A DNA stretch of 51,003 nt from Gaiella sp. (GCA_035698545.1 DASSBV010000036.1:1-51003); one strand, 5' to 3'; counted from the first letter of the stretch, positions 8,093-17,668 are shown. Notes: generated from the letters alone by a model not told the origin. A program made the numbers and translations.

Positions 8093-9979
8093 TCACCCCT
8101 CCTCGAAGACGCCGTCGGGGAACGCGACCACCAGCACCTCGCAGTGCGCGTGCTTCAGGACGTAGTCCACCGTCGGCGAGAAGAAGCGCGACTGGCGCCG
8201 CCAGCGCGGCGAGGAGCCGAGGACGATGAGGTCGACCCGACGTCGCTCCGCCTCGTCGACGATCGCGTGCCCGATCGACCGGGCATGGACGGCGTCCGCA
8301 TGCACCTCGACGTCGTTCTCCTCGCCCAGCGCGCGCGCCTCGGCGATCGATTCGGCCGCGGCGCGAGCGAGGTCCGGGGGAAGCGGCGCCTCGAGCGCCC
8401 GCTCGCGCGGGACCTGCACGACGGTGATCGCCTCGACCCGCGCTCCGCGCTCCTTCGCGAGCGCGATCGCCGTCGCGACCATCTCCTCGCCGATCGCCCC
8501 GAGCTTCATCGGGACGAGAATCCGGTCGAAGATCACCCCGGTGGGGAGCGCGATCCGGGGATCGACGTCCTGGAGCATCCCGAGCCGCGCACGACTCCGC
8601 GTGACCCCGTAGATGACGAGCCCGAGCCCGATCCAGGCGGGGCCGGCGTAGCGCGCCGACTCGTGGGTGACGAGCGCGATCACGAACACGGCGGCGGTGA
8701 GCGGCGCGCCGATCAACGCGGGGAGCGGCACGTCGACGCCGTGGAGACGGACGTCCGGCCGGGCGCGGAACGGCCTTCCGAGGTCGGGCTCGCGCCGCCG
8801 CAGCCGGATCACCGCGAGCTGCGCGAGGGTGAACGCGAGCAGCACGCCGAACGAGTAGGTGCCGGCGAGGAAGCGGGCCTCGTCCTCGACCGGCGCCGCG
8901 ACGAGCAGGACGGCGATCGCGACGAGTGCGATCAGGGCGATCGCCTCGCGCGAGACGAGGGTCTTCCGCTCGAGACGGCCGAATTGCCGGGGAAGCATCC
9001 CGTGCGTCCCCATCGAGTGCGCGAGCCGGGCGCAGCCCGAGATCGAGGTCGTCACCGCCATCACGAGGATCAGCGCGGCCGACAATCCGACCGCCACGCG
9101 AAGGACGTCGACGAGCCCCGACGGCAAGGAACCGTCGAACGCGGTCACGATCCCGACCAGCGGCGCCTCGAGCCACTGGCCGCCCAGCTCGGTCGTGCCG
9201 CCGGTCGCGGGGAACGCGGTGACGCCGACGATCGCGACGAGGACGGTCAGCACGACGACGAGCCCGATCGCGGTGAACAGCGAGCGCGGCAGCGTCCGCC
9301 CCGGCTCGCGCGCCTCCTCCGCGAGGTTGGCGACGGTCTCGAGCCCCGTGTACGCCACAAAGCCGAGCGGGATGGCATAGACGACGTCGTCGACCCAGTC
9401 CTGGCCGGGAGCGAGCGAGAAGCCGTTCGTCAGGACCTCCGGCGAGAAGACGAGCGCCAGGCCGAGGATCACGATCAGCGACTGCACGCCGAGGTCGAGC
9501 AGCGCCACGACGAGCGCGGGCGTGTGCAGGCGACTCCGCCGGACGAGGCGGACGGTCGCGACGATGGCGATCGCCGCAACGGCGGTCACGGTGTCCCACG
9601 GCGCGTCTCTGAGCGTCTCGATCTCGAGCGCTGAGCCGATGTAGTGCGGCAGGAACAGCGCCGACAGCGCGATCACGATCAGGTAGTCGAGGAACAGCGC
9701 CCAGCCGGTGACGAACCCCGTCAGATCGTTGAATGCGCGCCGGGTGAAGGTCTCGGCGCCGCCCGTCTCCGGCATCGCGGCCGTGCCCTCCGCGTACGAG
9801 AGCGAGACGAGGAGGAAGATCAACCCTGTGACGGCGAGCACGACGGGGCTCAGCCCGAGAGCGGCGCTCGCGACGATGCCGAGCGCGACGTAGATCGACG
9901 CGCCGATCTCGCCGTACGCGATCGCGAAGAGCGCGGGAGCGTCGAGCGCGCGCTCGAAGCCGCGGATCTTGCGCGCCAT
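8093..9979 (-). CDS. APC-superfamily permease fused to a C-terminal universal stress protein domain (paralog 1)
   Basis: About 12 TM segments with SYAEG..P..GG and AYTGLETVANLAEE. C-terminal USP domain (ILVP...IVDEAERRRVDLIVLGS...TVDYVLKHAHCEVLVV). Confidence 0.85.
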   Translation of the reverse strand: MARKIRGFERALDAPALFAIAYGEIGASIYVALGIVASAALGLSPVVLAVTGLIFLLVSLSYAEGTAAMPETGGAETFTRRAFNDLTGFVTGWALFLDYLIVIALSALFLPHYIGSALEIETLRDAPWDTVTAVAAIAIVATVRLVRRSRLHTPALVVALLDLGVQSLIVILGLALVFSPEVLTNGFSLAPGQDWVDDVVYAIPLGFVAYTGLETVANLAEEAREPGRTLPRSLFTAIGLVVVLTVLVAIVGVTAFPATGGTTELGGQWLEAPLVGIVTAFDGSLPSGLVDVLRVAVGLSAALILVMAVTTSISGCARLAHSMGTHGMLPRQFGRLERKTLVSREAIALIALVAIAVLLVAAPVEDEARFLAGTYSFGVLLAFTLAQLAVIRLRRREPDLGRPFRARPDVRLHGVDVPLPALIGAPLTAAVFVIALVTHESARYAGPAWIGLGLVIYGVTRSRARLGMLQDVDPRIALPTGVIFDRILVPMKLGAIGEEMVATAIALAKERGARVEAITVVQVPRERALEAPLPPDLARAAAESIAEARALGEENDVEVHADAVHARSIGHAIVDEAERRRVDLIVLGSSPRWRRQSRFFSPTVDYVLKHAHCEVLVVAFPDGVFEEG

Positions 9980-10155
9980 CAGCCGTGTCGCTTTCGCTCG
10001 AGCTGGATGCGCGCGACCCCAAGCGCGATGAACAGCCCGCCGAGCACGAAGCCGACGGCCCCGCCACCGTTGACCGCGGTGACGACGAGCAGCGCGACCC
10101 CGATGGCGATGAACGCGAGCGAGAACACGACGATCGCCCGGCTGTACCAATTCAT
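9979..10155 (-). CDS. Small two-TM membrane protein (58 aa)
   Basis: MNWYSRAIVVFSLAFIAIGVALLVVTAVNGGGAVGFVLGGLFIALGVARIQLERKRHG. ATGA overlap upstream and TGATG overlap downstream. Confidence 0.75.
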   Translation of the reverse strand: MNWYSRAIVVFSLAFIAIGVALLVVTAVNGGGAVGFVLGGLFIALGVARIQLERKRHG

Positions 10156-12056
10156 CCGCGGCTCCCGTTCCTGGAGGCGGCGATCATCACCCGGCACGGG
10201 GCGCGGCGGAGCACGCGGTCGACCGTCGTCCCGAAGACGCCGCGGCGGCGGTCGACGAGCGTCTTGCGTGGCGAGCCGAGGACGATGATCTCCGTCCCCC
10301 GCCGCTCCGCCACGCGCACGATCTCGGTCGACGCGCTCCGCCCGCGCACGAGACGGCCCATCACGCGCACGCCGTAGGTATCGCCGATCGCGACCGCCTC
10401 GTCGAGCTCGTCGTTCGCGCGGCGCTCCTCCTCCGGGAGCGGCGCGTCCAGAGGCAGCTCGAGCGGCACCTCGAGCACGGTCAGCGCGATGATCCGCGCC
10501 CCGCGCTCCGCCGCGAGGCGGCAGGCCAGGTCGAGGGCGTCGTCGGAGGGACTGCCCGGCACGATCGGGACGACGATCCGCCGGTACTCGAGCGCGAGCG
10601 CCGCGCCGAAGGCGGGCGGCGCCTTCACCGTCTCCCGGGCGGGGAGACGCAGGACGTAGCGGCGGTAGACGAGGTAACCGAGGAACCCGGCGACGAGCCA
10701 CCCCAGGCCGACGTACCGGGTCGCCTGGTTCTGCACGACGATCACCACGAACGAGATCCCCGTCGCGATGCCCCCGAAGATCGCGAACAGCGGCCAGTCG
10801 ACGCTCCCGATCCGCAGGTTCGGCCTCGACTTGTAGAGCAGCTCCGCGTCGCGCCGGCGCACGCGGAGCCCGATCGTCGATGCATGCGCGACCGTGAACG
10901 AAAGCGTCGCGCCCAGCGAGTAGAGCGTTCCCACGAACGTGACGTCCCCCGGGAGCAGCACGAGGATCGGCGCGACGCACGCGAACACGAGGAGCGTGAT
11001 CCACGGCGTCTTGAAGCGCGGGTGGAGCCGTCGGAAGATCTCCGGCATCTGCCGGTAGCTCGACATCGAGTACGTGATCCGGGACGCGCCGATCACCCCC
11101 GCATTCGTCGCGACGACGAGGATCGTCGCGGCGAGCAGCCCGACGTAGATTTGCATCGAGTCGAGGAATGCCCCGTGGAGCCCGAGGTTGTCGACGATCC
11201 CGAGCACGGGGTCGTTCGCGTAGCCGCCCTGTTCGGGCGGAAGCCCGAGGAGCGTCGTCAGCTGCCCGTCGATCCGCTCGACGGGCATCGCCGAGAGGGC
11301 CACGAGCGGCAGGGTCAGGTAGATCGCGAACACCGCGATCGCGACGAGCTTGATCGCACCCGGAATCGTCCGGGCAGGCTCGCGCGCCTCCTCAGCGAGA
11401 TTCGAGACGGTCTCGATCCCGGTGTAGGCGAGCATCGCGATCGGAATCGCGACCGCGAGGTTCGACCACGTCGGGGCCACGCCCCAGTGGACGTTGTCGA
11501 CGAGCACCTGCGGGCTGAAGACCAGCACCGTCCCCATCAGGACGAGCAGCACCTGCGTCGCGAAGTCGATGACCGCCAGGACGACCGACAGCCGCGCCGC
11601 CTCCTGGACGCCGACGATGTTCAGCGCGACGAGCGCGACGATCACGACGATGCCGCCGACGATGTCCCACGGGTTCGTCCGCAGCGGCTCCCAGAAGATC
11701 GAGAGGTAGTGCGGGACGAAGAAGGCGGATGCGGCGATCGTGACGACGTAGACGAGCGTCTGCGCCCACGCGGCGCCGAACGAGACGAGCTCGTCGAATG
11801 CGTGCCGGGCGAAGCTCGACGAGCCGCCCGCCTCCGGGTAGCGCACAGTGCTCTCGGCGTAGCTGGCCGCGGTCGCGGCGAAGATCACGCCCGCGATCGC
11901 GAAGACGAGCGGCGTGAGCCCGAGCGCGAAGGAGGCGGTGACGCCGAGCGCGTAGTAGATCGACGAGCCGACGTTCCCGTACGCGGTGGCGAAGAGCGCG
12001 GGTGTGCCGAGCACGCGCTCCATGCGCACCTCACGGCGCCGTCTCGTCCCGGGCAC
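10152..12056 (-). CDS. APC-superfamily permease fused to a C-terminal USP domain (paralog 2)
   Basis: AYGNVGSSIYYALG, YPEAGGS and AYTGIETVSNLAEE. USP domain (RRIVVP...IIVLGS...FGTTVDRVLRRAPCRV). GTG 6 nt after TAGTAT; ATG12023 is an alternative start. Confidence 0.85.
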   Translation of the reverse strand: MPGTRRRREVRMERVLGTPALFATAYGNVGSSIYYALGVTASFALGLTPLVFAIAGVIFAATAASYAESTVRYPEAGGSSSFARHAFDELVSFGAAWAQTLVYVVTIAASAFFVPHYLSIFWEPLRTNPWDIVGGIVVIVALVALNIVGVQEAARLSVVLAVIDFATQVLLVLMGTVLVFSPQVLVDNVHWGVAPTWSNLAVAIPIAMLAYTGIETVSNLAEEAREPARTIPGAIKLVAIAVFAIYLTLPLVALSAMPVERIDGQLTTLLGLPPEQGGYANDPVLGIVDNLGLHGAFLDSMQIYVGLLAATILVVATNAGVIGASRITYSMSSYRQMPEIFRRLHPRFKTPWITLLVFACVAPILVLLPGDVTFVGTLYSLGATLSFTVAHASTIGLRVRRRDAELLYKSRPNLRIGSVDWPLFAIFGGIATGISFVVIVVQNQATRYVGLGWLVAGFLGYLVYRRYVLRLPARETVKAPPAFGAALALEYRRIVVPIVPGSPSDDALDLACRLAAERGARIIALTVLEVPLELPLDAPLPEEERRANDELDEAVAIGDTYGVRVMGRLVRGRSASTEIVRVAERRGTEIIVLGSPRKTLVDRRRGVFGTTVDRVLRRAPCRVMIAASRNGSRG

Positions 12057-12068
12057 CGGCGCATACTA

Positions 12069-12350
12069 GGCGGGGGAAACCATGCTTCCCCCGCCAGCCC
12101 TCTTCTTCAGCGCCGCGCACGGGTCACCCGCACCGGGCCTCCCGGCCGGCAAAGCCGGCCTCCGGCCGCGCCGACGGCATTCACGGACGACCGCTATCGG
12201 ACATCCGTTGCGGAACCAGCCGCCGTTGCGGCCGGAGGGCGATTCATTCGCCCGAGAGGCCAGACCAGCGTGAAAGGCAGCTAACCGAAAGAAGGGGGAT
12301 CGTGGGGGAAACATGGTTTCCCCCACGCGCGAAACATGGGTTCCCCCACG
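12069..12350. repeat. REP-doublet/MITE-like palindromic intergenic element
   Basis: 12069-12107 matches the reverse complement of 12289-12327 at 32/39 positions. Each end is itself a GGGGGAA..TTCCCCC hairpin. There are internal inverted repeats and a partial third copy at 12331-12350. Confidence 0.7.
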
Positions 12351-12353
12351 CTG

Positions 12354-14399
12354 TTATCCGTGGATGGAGGCGATGATGGGGATGATCAGGATCGCGACGA
12401 TGTTGGCGATCTTGATCATCGGGTTGATCGCCGGGCCGGCCGTGTCCTTGTAGGGGTCGCCGACCGTGTCGCCTGTGACGGCCGCGGCGTGAGCCTCCGA
12501 GCCCTTGCCGCCGTAGGCGCCGTCCTCGATCAGCTTCTTCGCGTTGTCCCAGGCGCCGCCGCCGGAGGTCATGGCGATCGCGAGGAAGATGCCCGTGACA
12601 ATCGTCCCGATCAGGAGCCCGCCGAGCATCTCGGGCTTGATGATCCCGACGACGATCGGGAACAGGATGGGGACGAGCGCCGGCGCGAGCATGCTCCTGA
12701 TCGCCGACCCGGTGACGATCGAGATCGACGTCGCGTAGTCGGGGCGCGAGGTGCCTTCCATGATCCCCGGGTCCTCCCGGAACTGGCGGCGCACCTCCTC
12801 GACGACCTCGCCGCCGACCCGACCGACGGCGGTCATCGCCATCGACGCGAAGAGGAACGGCATCAGGCCGCCGACGAACAGGCCGGCGATCACCCAGGGG
12901 TTCTCGAGGTCGAAGCTCACCCCAAGGCCCTCGTCGGCGAGACGGCGGACGTACTCGTCGAAGAGGATCAGCGCGGCGAGGCCCGCCGAGCCGATCGCGT
13001 AGCCCTTCGTGACTGCCTTCGTCGTGTTGCCGACCGCGTCGAGCGGGTCGGTCACCCCGCGCACCGACTCGGGCATGTCGGCCATCTCCGCGATGCCGCC
13101 GGCGTTGTCGGTGACGGGCCCGTATGCGTCGAGCGCGACGATCAGGCCGGTCATCGAGAGCTGCGCCATCACGGCGACGCCGATCCCGAAGATCGACTGG
13201 TCGGCCGCGTAGTACGCGCCCACGATGCCTGCGGCGATCACGAGCACCGGCGCGGCCGTCGCCTGCATGCCATACGCGAGCCCGGCGATGATGTTCGTGG
13301 CGTGGCCGGTCTGCGAGGCCTCGGCGATCTTCTTCACCGGGTGCCAGCGCGAGCCCGTGTAGTACTCGGTGATCGCGACGAGCAGGAAGGTCACGGCGAG
13401 GCCGATCAGCGCCGGCCCATACAGCTGCCAGAACGAGAAGCGGTCGCCGTCGAAGGCGGTCGTCACCGGGATGAACCCGAGTGCCGAGAGGACCGACGCG
13501 ACGATCACGCTCTTGTAGAGCGCGTTGATGATCGCGTTCTCCCCCCGCCCGATCCACGCGAAGAACGTGCCGATCACCGAGGCGATGATCGAGACGCCGC
13601 CGAGCGCGAGCGGGTAGAGCCAGAGCTGGCCCGAGGGGAACGCCGTCCCGAGCAGCATCACGGCGACCGCCGTCACGGCGTAGGTCTCGAACAGGTCGGC
13701 GGCCATGCCCGCGCAGTCGCCGACGTTGTCGCCGACGTTGTCCGCGATCACCGCGGGGTTCCGTGGATCGTCCTCGGGGATGCCGGCCTCGATCTTCCCG
13801 ACGAGATCGGCACCGACATCGGCTGCCTTCGTGAAGATGCCGCCGCCGAGCCGGGCGAAGACGGAGATCAGGGAGCCGCCGAACGCGAGCCCGATGAGGT
13901 CGTCCACCGCGGACTCGGGGCTGTTGCCGATCCAGCCGGTGAGGATCCAGTAGTAGCCCGCGACCCCGAGGAGCCCGAGGCCGACTACCAGCAGGCCGGT
14001 GACCGAGCCGGCGCGGAACGCGACTCGGAACGCAGGCGCGACGCCCTCGCGGGCGGCCTCCGCGGTGCGAACGTTCGAGCGCACGGCGACGTTCATTCCG
14101 ATGAAGCCGGCAGCGGCCGAGAGAATGGCGCCGAACAGGAACCCGATCGCGGTGCCCCAGCCCAGGTCGTTGTAGAACCCGATCAGCAGGAACGGGACCA
14201 CCGCGACTGCCGCGATCGTCGTGTACTGCTTGCGGAGGTACGCGGCTGCGCCCTCCTGCACTGCGCGGGAGATCTCCCGCATCCGTTCGTTGCCCGCCGG
14301 CTGCGAGAGAAGCCACCAGGTCAAATAGAGGCCGTACAGGATGGCAAGGCCCGCGCAGAGAAGCGCGAACAGCACGGCATGGTCAACGAAGAAATCCAT
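12354..14399 (-). CDS. hppA: Membrane-bound H+-translocating pyrophosphatase, K+-independent signature
   Basis: [45 protein letters not shown] and [11 protein letters not shown] motifs. GGAGG SD before ATG14399. Confidence 0.95.
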   Translation of the reverse strand: MDFFVDHAVLFALLCAGLAILYGLYLTWWLLSQPAGNERMREISRAVQEGAAAYLRKQYTTIAAVAVVPFLLIGFYNDLGWGTAIGFLFGAILSAAAGFIGMNVAVRSNVRTAEAAREGVAPAFRVAFRAGSVTGLLVVGLGLLGVAGYYWILTGWIGNSPESAVDDLIGLAFGGSLISVFARLGGGIFTKAADVGADLVGKIEAGIPEDDPRNPAVIADNVGDNVGDCAGMAADLFETYAVTAVAVMLLGTAFPSGQLWLYPLALGGVSIIASVIGTFFAWIGRGENAIINALYKSVIVASVLSALGFIPVTTAFDGDRFSFWQLYGPALIGLAVTFLLVAITEYYTGSRWHPVKKIAEASQTGHATNIIAGLAYGMQATAAPVLVIAAGIVGAYYAADQSIFGIGVAVMAQLSMTGLIVALDAYGPVTDNAGGIAEMADMPESVRGVTDPLDAVGNTTKAVTKGYAIGSAGLAALILFDEYVRRLADEGLGVSFDLENPWVIAGLFVGGLMPFLFASMAMTAVGRVGGEVVEEVRRQFREDPGIMEGTSRPDYATSISIVTGSAIRSMLAPALVPILFPIVVGIIKPEMLGGLLIGTIVTGIFLAIAMTSGGGAWDNAKKLIEDGAYGGKGSEAHAAAVTGDTVGDPYKDTAGPAINPMIKIANIVAILIIPIIASIHG

Positions 14400-14489
14400 C
14401 AATCCTCCGGGTGAACGCCCATACAAAGAGACGCCGATCAGGCGTCAGCGCGGGGGATTATGCAGAAGGAACGTCGATCGTGCCTCGGT

Positions 14490-15644
14490 TCACCGCACTG
14501 GTGCGGTCACGCCGACCTGGCCGGCGTAGATCTCCTCGAACGACGCGCCCGCCGCGCGCTGTGCGATCTGGCGCTCGGCCGCATTCCGCTCGGGCAGCCG
14601 GAGCCACGGCGTCGCCCCGATCTCGTCCGCCACCGGCAGCACCCACTCGACGAGCCGTTCGACGCGTGCGCGAGCCGGGAGGACGTCGCCGCGTTCGAGG
14701 TCGATCAGCTCGCCCGAGAGCCCGTGCCGGATCGCGCGCCAGAGGTTTTCCTCGATCAGGCGGCGCGGCTGCTCCGGGAGCGGCTCGCCCTCGTCGATCG
14801 CGCGTGCGCAGCGCGCCGTCAGGGAGACCATCAAGGCAACCAGCGACTGTGCCTCGGAGAGGTCCGGCTGCGCGTCGCAGATCCGGATCTCGACGGTCGG
14901 GAAGTCCATGTGCGGACGGACGCTCCACCAGAGCTGGGTCGACTCGTCGATCGAGCCGGTCTCGTAGAGAAACCGGACGTACTCCGCATGCTCCTCCCAG
15001 GAGCGCAGCGCGTCCGGCACACCGCAGCGCGGGAAGAAGCGCGTGAAGACCTGTGTGCGCGCCGAATGGAGACCCGTGTCGACCTCCTCGTGGAACGGGG
15101 AGCTGGCCGACACGGCGAGGAGCTCGGGGAGCCAGTTCCGCAGACCGCTCGTGACCTGGACAGCGCGGTCCGCGCCCCGGATCGCGACGTGCGTGTGGAC
15201 GCCAAACGTGTTGTTCCTCCACACGACGTACTTGAGGATCTCGTCGTTCCGCCGGTAATGCGGTGTGTCGATGATCCGCTGGTCGCGCCAGCTCGACCAC
15301 GGGTGCGTTCCCGTCGCGCCGAGCAGGATCCCCAGGGGCTCGACGAGCGCCGCGAGCTCCGCGCGGCGATCGGCCAGCGCGCCCGGGACGTCTGCGAACG
15401 TGGCCTGCTTGCCGGTCTTCACCTCCACCTCCGAGGCGATCAGCTCGCCGACGAGGTTCGGCTCGAGCCGCGTTCCGCGCGCCGCCGCCTGGACCTCTTC
15501 GAAGCGGTTGACGAGGTCGAGCGTCTCGCGGTCGAGCAGCGCGAACTCCTCCTCCACCGAGACCGTGAAGTCCTCGGCCTCCTCGAAGCGCTCTCTGGCC
15601 TCGGCGAGGAGCTGGTCGCACGGCAGGTGATCCGACGGGTGCAT
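14490..15644 (-). CDS. ybdK: Carboxylate-amine ligase, YbdK/GCS2 family (putative glutamate--cysteine ligase)
   Basis: TVSVEEEF, TGTHP, FGVHTHV, SASSPF, LWWSVRP..FPTVEIRICD and ENLWRAIRHG motifs. Confidence 0.85.
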   Translation of the reverse strand: MHPSDHLPCDQLLAEARERFEEAEDFTVSVEEEFALLDRETLDLVNRFEEVQAAARGTRLEPNLVGELIASEVEVKTGKQATFADVPGALADRRAELAALVEPLGILLGATGTHPWSSWRDQRIIDTPHYRRNDEILKYVVWRNNTFGVHTHVAIRGADRAVQVTSGLRNWLPELLAVSASSPFHEEVDTGLHSARTQVFTRFFPRCGVPDALRSWEEHAEYVRFLYETGSIDESTQLWWSVRPHMDFPTVEIRICDAQPDLSEAQSLVALMVSLTARCARAIDEGEPLPEQPRRLIEENLWRAIRHGLSGELIDLERGDVLPARARVERLVEWVLPVADEIGATPWLRLPERNAAERQIAQRAAGASFEEIYAGQVGVTAPVR

Positions 15645-15656
15645 GCCCAGCGAAGG

Positions 15657-16955
15657 CTAGTTCGTAGTGTGGGCGCCAAGTGTCTGACTTAAGTCAGACA
15701 CTGCGTTCAGCAGCCGCTCGGCGACGCCGGCCCAGCTCCAGCGCTCTTCCACCACCCGGCGGACGGTCGACCGAAGGAGCACGCGGTCGTGGGGCCCGAG
15801 CGCGAGCAGGGCCGTCAGCCGCTCGTTGAGAGCGGTCGCGTCCCCGCTCGGGAACGAGACGAGGCTCGCGAGCTCGGGCGGCAGCGCCTGCTCGAGGCCC
15901 GCGGCGACCTCGGCGAGTCCCGAGTGGCGCGCGACGACCGGTGGGCAGCCGGCGGCGGCGGCCTCGGCGGCGACCATCCCGAAGGCCTCCGGAAAGACGG
16001 ACGGCACAACGCAGGCGTCCGCAAGCGCGAGCAAGTGCCGGAGGTGGCGGTGCTCGAGCGGCCCCGTGAAGATTGCCCGCACCCCATCCGCTCTCACCCG
16101 AGCCTCGAGCGTGGCGCGCTCCGGGCCGAAGCCGACGACGACGAGCCGCGCGTCGAGCCCCCGCATGGCGTCGAGCAAGACGTCGACTCCCTTCTCCTGG
16201 ATCAGCTTCCCGAAGAAGACGATCGTCGGCGGCGTCTCCCCCGCGAGGAACGTCTCCAGCCGCCCGGCGTTCCCTTCGTCGGGGAGGCGCTCGTCGCGGT
16301 TGCCCGGGTTCGACGCGTCGAGGCGTGCCTCGTGGATCAGCGCCTCGAAGGCGTCAGCACGATCCTCGGGGAGCCACAGCTCGACGTCGACGCCCGGCGG
16401 CACCTCGTGCACGCGATCGACCGGCCCGCAGACCTCTCGGAGGACAGCACGGATGTGCTCCGACCCGACGAAGGTCGCACGTGCGCGCTCGAGCGACTCC
16501 CTCCCCCAGCTCTCGAGCCCCGCGTTGCCCCGCATCGAGTACTCGAGCTCCGAGCCGTGCGCCTTCACGGCGAACGGTGCTCCGCTCTCGGCGCCGACCG
16601 GCCCGCCGAGCAGCACGTGGTTCGTGAAGACGAGGTCGGCGGGCAGCAAAGAGCGGATCGCCGCTGCGTTCGCCTCGACCCATGCGTCGAGCTCGGCCCT
16701 CGTGCACTCCTGGACGCGGCGAACCTCGTAGCCCTCGTAGCGGTCGAGCACGAACACGGGCAGGAAGCCGCCGACGTCCGGCCGGACTGTCGCCGCACCG
16801 CCGAGGTCGTACGCCTCGGGCCGCGGCTCCTGGCTGAGCACCGTCACGTCGTGCCCCGCCCGGCTCCACTCCCGCGCGAGCTGGCGCGTGTACACGTTCG
16901 AGCCGGTCCCCCCGAGCAAATAGCCGTGCCAGAGCAGGATGCGCACGGCCGACAT
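15657..16955 (-). CDS. Glycosyltransferase family 4 (GT-B)
   Basis: HGYLLGGTGSNVY N-terminus, FGKLIQEKG, and PSVFPEAFGMVAAEAAAAGCP (EX7E). True start is near 16955, not 17621. Confidence 0.85.
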   Translation of the reverse strand: MSAVRILLWHGYLLGGTGSNVYTRQLAREWSRAGHDVTVLSQEPRPEAYDLGGAATVRPDVGGFLPVFVLDRYEGYEVRRVQECTRAELDAWVEANAAAIRSLLPADLVFTNHVLLGGPVGAESGAPFAVKAHGSELEYSMRGNAGLESWGRESLERARATFVGSEHIRAVLREVCGPVDRVHEVPPGVDVELWLPEDRADAFEALIHEARLDASNPGNRDERLPDEGNAGRLETFLAGETPPTIVFFGKLIQEKGVDVLLDAMRGLDARLVVVGFGPERATLEARVRADGVRAIFTGPLEHRHLRHLLALADACVVPSVFPEAFGMVAAEAAAAGCPPVVARHSGLAEVAAGLEQALPPELASLVSFPSGDATALNERLTALLALGPHDRVLLRSTVRRVVEERWSWAGVAERLLNAVSDLSQTLGAHTTN

Positions 16956-16972
16956 CCTGCCCGGGTGGGGCG

Positions 16973-17593
16973 TCAGGTGAGGTGGAAGTAGAGCGCGTAC
17001 AGCAGCTCGACCGCCGGGTTCGACGTGTGCACCTGCACGTCGGAGGGCGTGTCGATCAAGGCCGGCGAGTAGTTGAAGACGATCTTCACGCCTGCCCCGA
17101 CGAGCCGGTCGGCCGCGTCCTGGGCCGCCTCCGCGGGAACGGCGAGCACACCGACGACGATGCTCCGATCGTGCACGACGGCGTCGAGAGCGTCGAGCGA
17201 GCTGACCGGAACGCCGCCGAGCGACGTGCCGATCTTCTCGGGGTCGATGTCGAACACCGCGGAGATGGTGATCCCGTGCTCGGCGAAGATCGGCGACGAC
17301 GCAATCGCCGCGCCGAGCCGGCCCGCGCCGATCAGCGCGATGTTGTGCTGACCTTGCGTCCGCAGGATCTTGCGGATCTCGGAGAGGAGCGCATCGACCG
17401 AGTAGCCGACGCCCCGCTTGCCGAACTTGCCGAACGCCGACAGGTCGCGCCGGATCTGCGTCGCGTTGATGTTCGTGTACTCGGCGATCTCCTGCGAGGA
17501 GATCCGGTCCTTGCCCATCTTCCTCGCCTGCGTCAGCACCTGGAGGTACCGGCTCAGCCGAGCGGCGACCCCTACCGTCAAGCGTTCCGCCAC
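16973..17593 (-). CDS. rex: Redox-sensing transcriptional repressor Rex
   Basis: RLSRY, QIRRDLSAFGKFGKRGVGY, IGAGRLG and FDIDPEKIG motifs. GGGAGG SD. Confidence 0.95.
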   Translation of the reverse strand: MAERLTVGVAARLSRYLQVLTQARKMGKDRISSQEIAEYTNINATQIRRDLSAFGKFGKRGVGYSVDALLSEIRKILRTQGQHNIALIGAGRLGAAIASSPIFAEHGITISAVFDIDPEKIGTSLGGVPVSSLDALDAVVHDRSIVVGVLAVPAEAAQDAADRLVGAGVKIVFNYSPALIDTPSDVQVHTSNPAVELLYALYFHLT

Positions 17594-17668
17594 CAGCGTC
17601 CTCCCGGGGAGTTCGTGACAACGCGGCGCATTGTGCCGACCGTTCCTGCGCGCCCGACGGGGGAACCG

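Noticed and set aside
12069-12350. CRISPR array
   Set aside because: Only two inverted copies and one partial copy, no regular direct repeat-spacer pattern, and no cas genes.
12057-12353. c-di-AMP (ydaO) riboswitch upstream of the K+-related operon
   Set aside because: I could not find the ydaO conserved blocks. The symmetry is explained by inverted repeats, and the -10 for the operon lies downstream of the element.
12002-12376. Short ORFs across the palindromic element (12002..12376, 12066..12326, 12082..12273)
   Set aside because: Translations of repeat DNA with no protein-like features.
12336-14414. Long antisense or alternate-frame ORFs (e.g. 12336..14414, 31298..33784, 38345..40330, 5761..7110, 18243..20240)
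   Set aside because: Typical high-GC shadow ORFs opposite well-conserved genes, with no recognisable motifs.
15657-17621. 654-aa ORF suggesting a long GT4 or a Rex-GT fusion
   Set aside because: The N-terminal ~220 aa is an off-frame read-through over rex. GT homology starts at about 16955.
17605-17640. Rex operator upstream of rex
   Set aside because: Only a half-site-like TCGTGA is present; there is no convincing TGTGAA-n-TTCACA palindrome.
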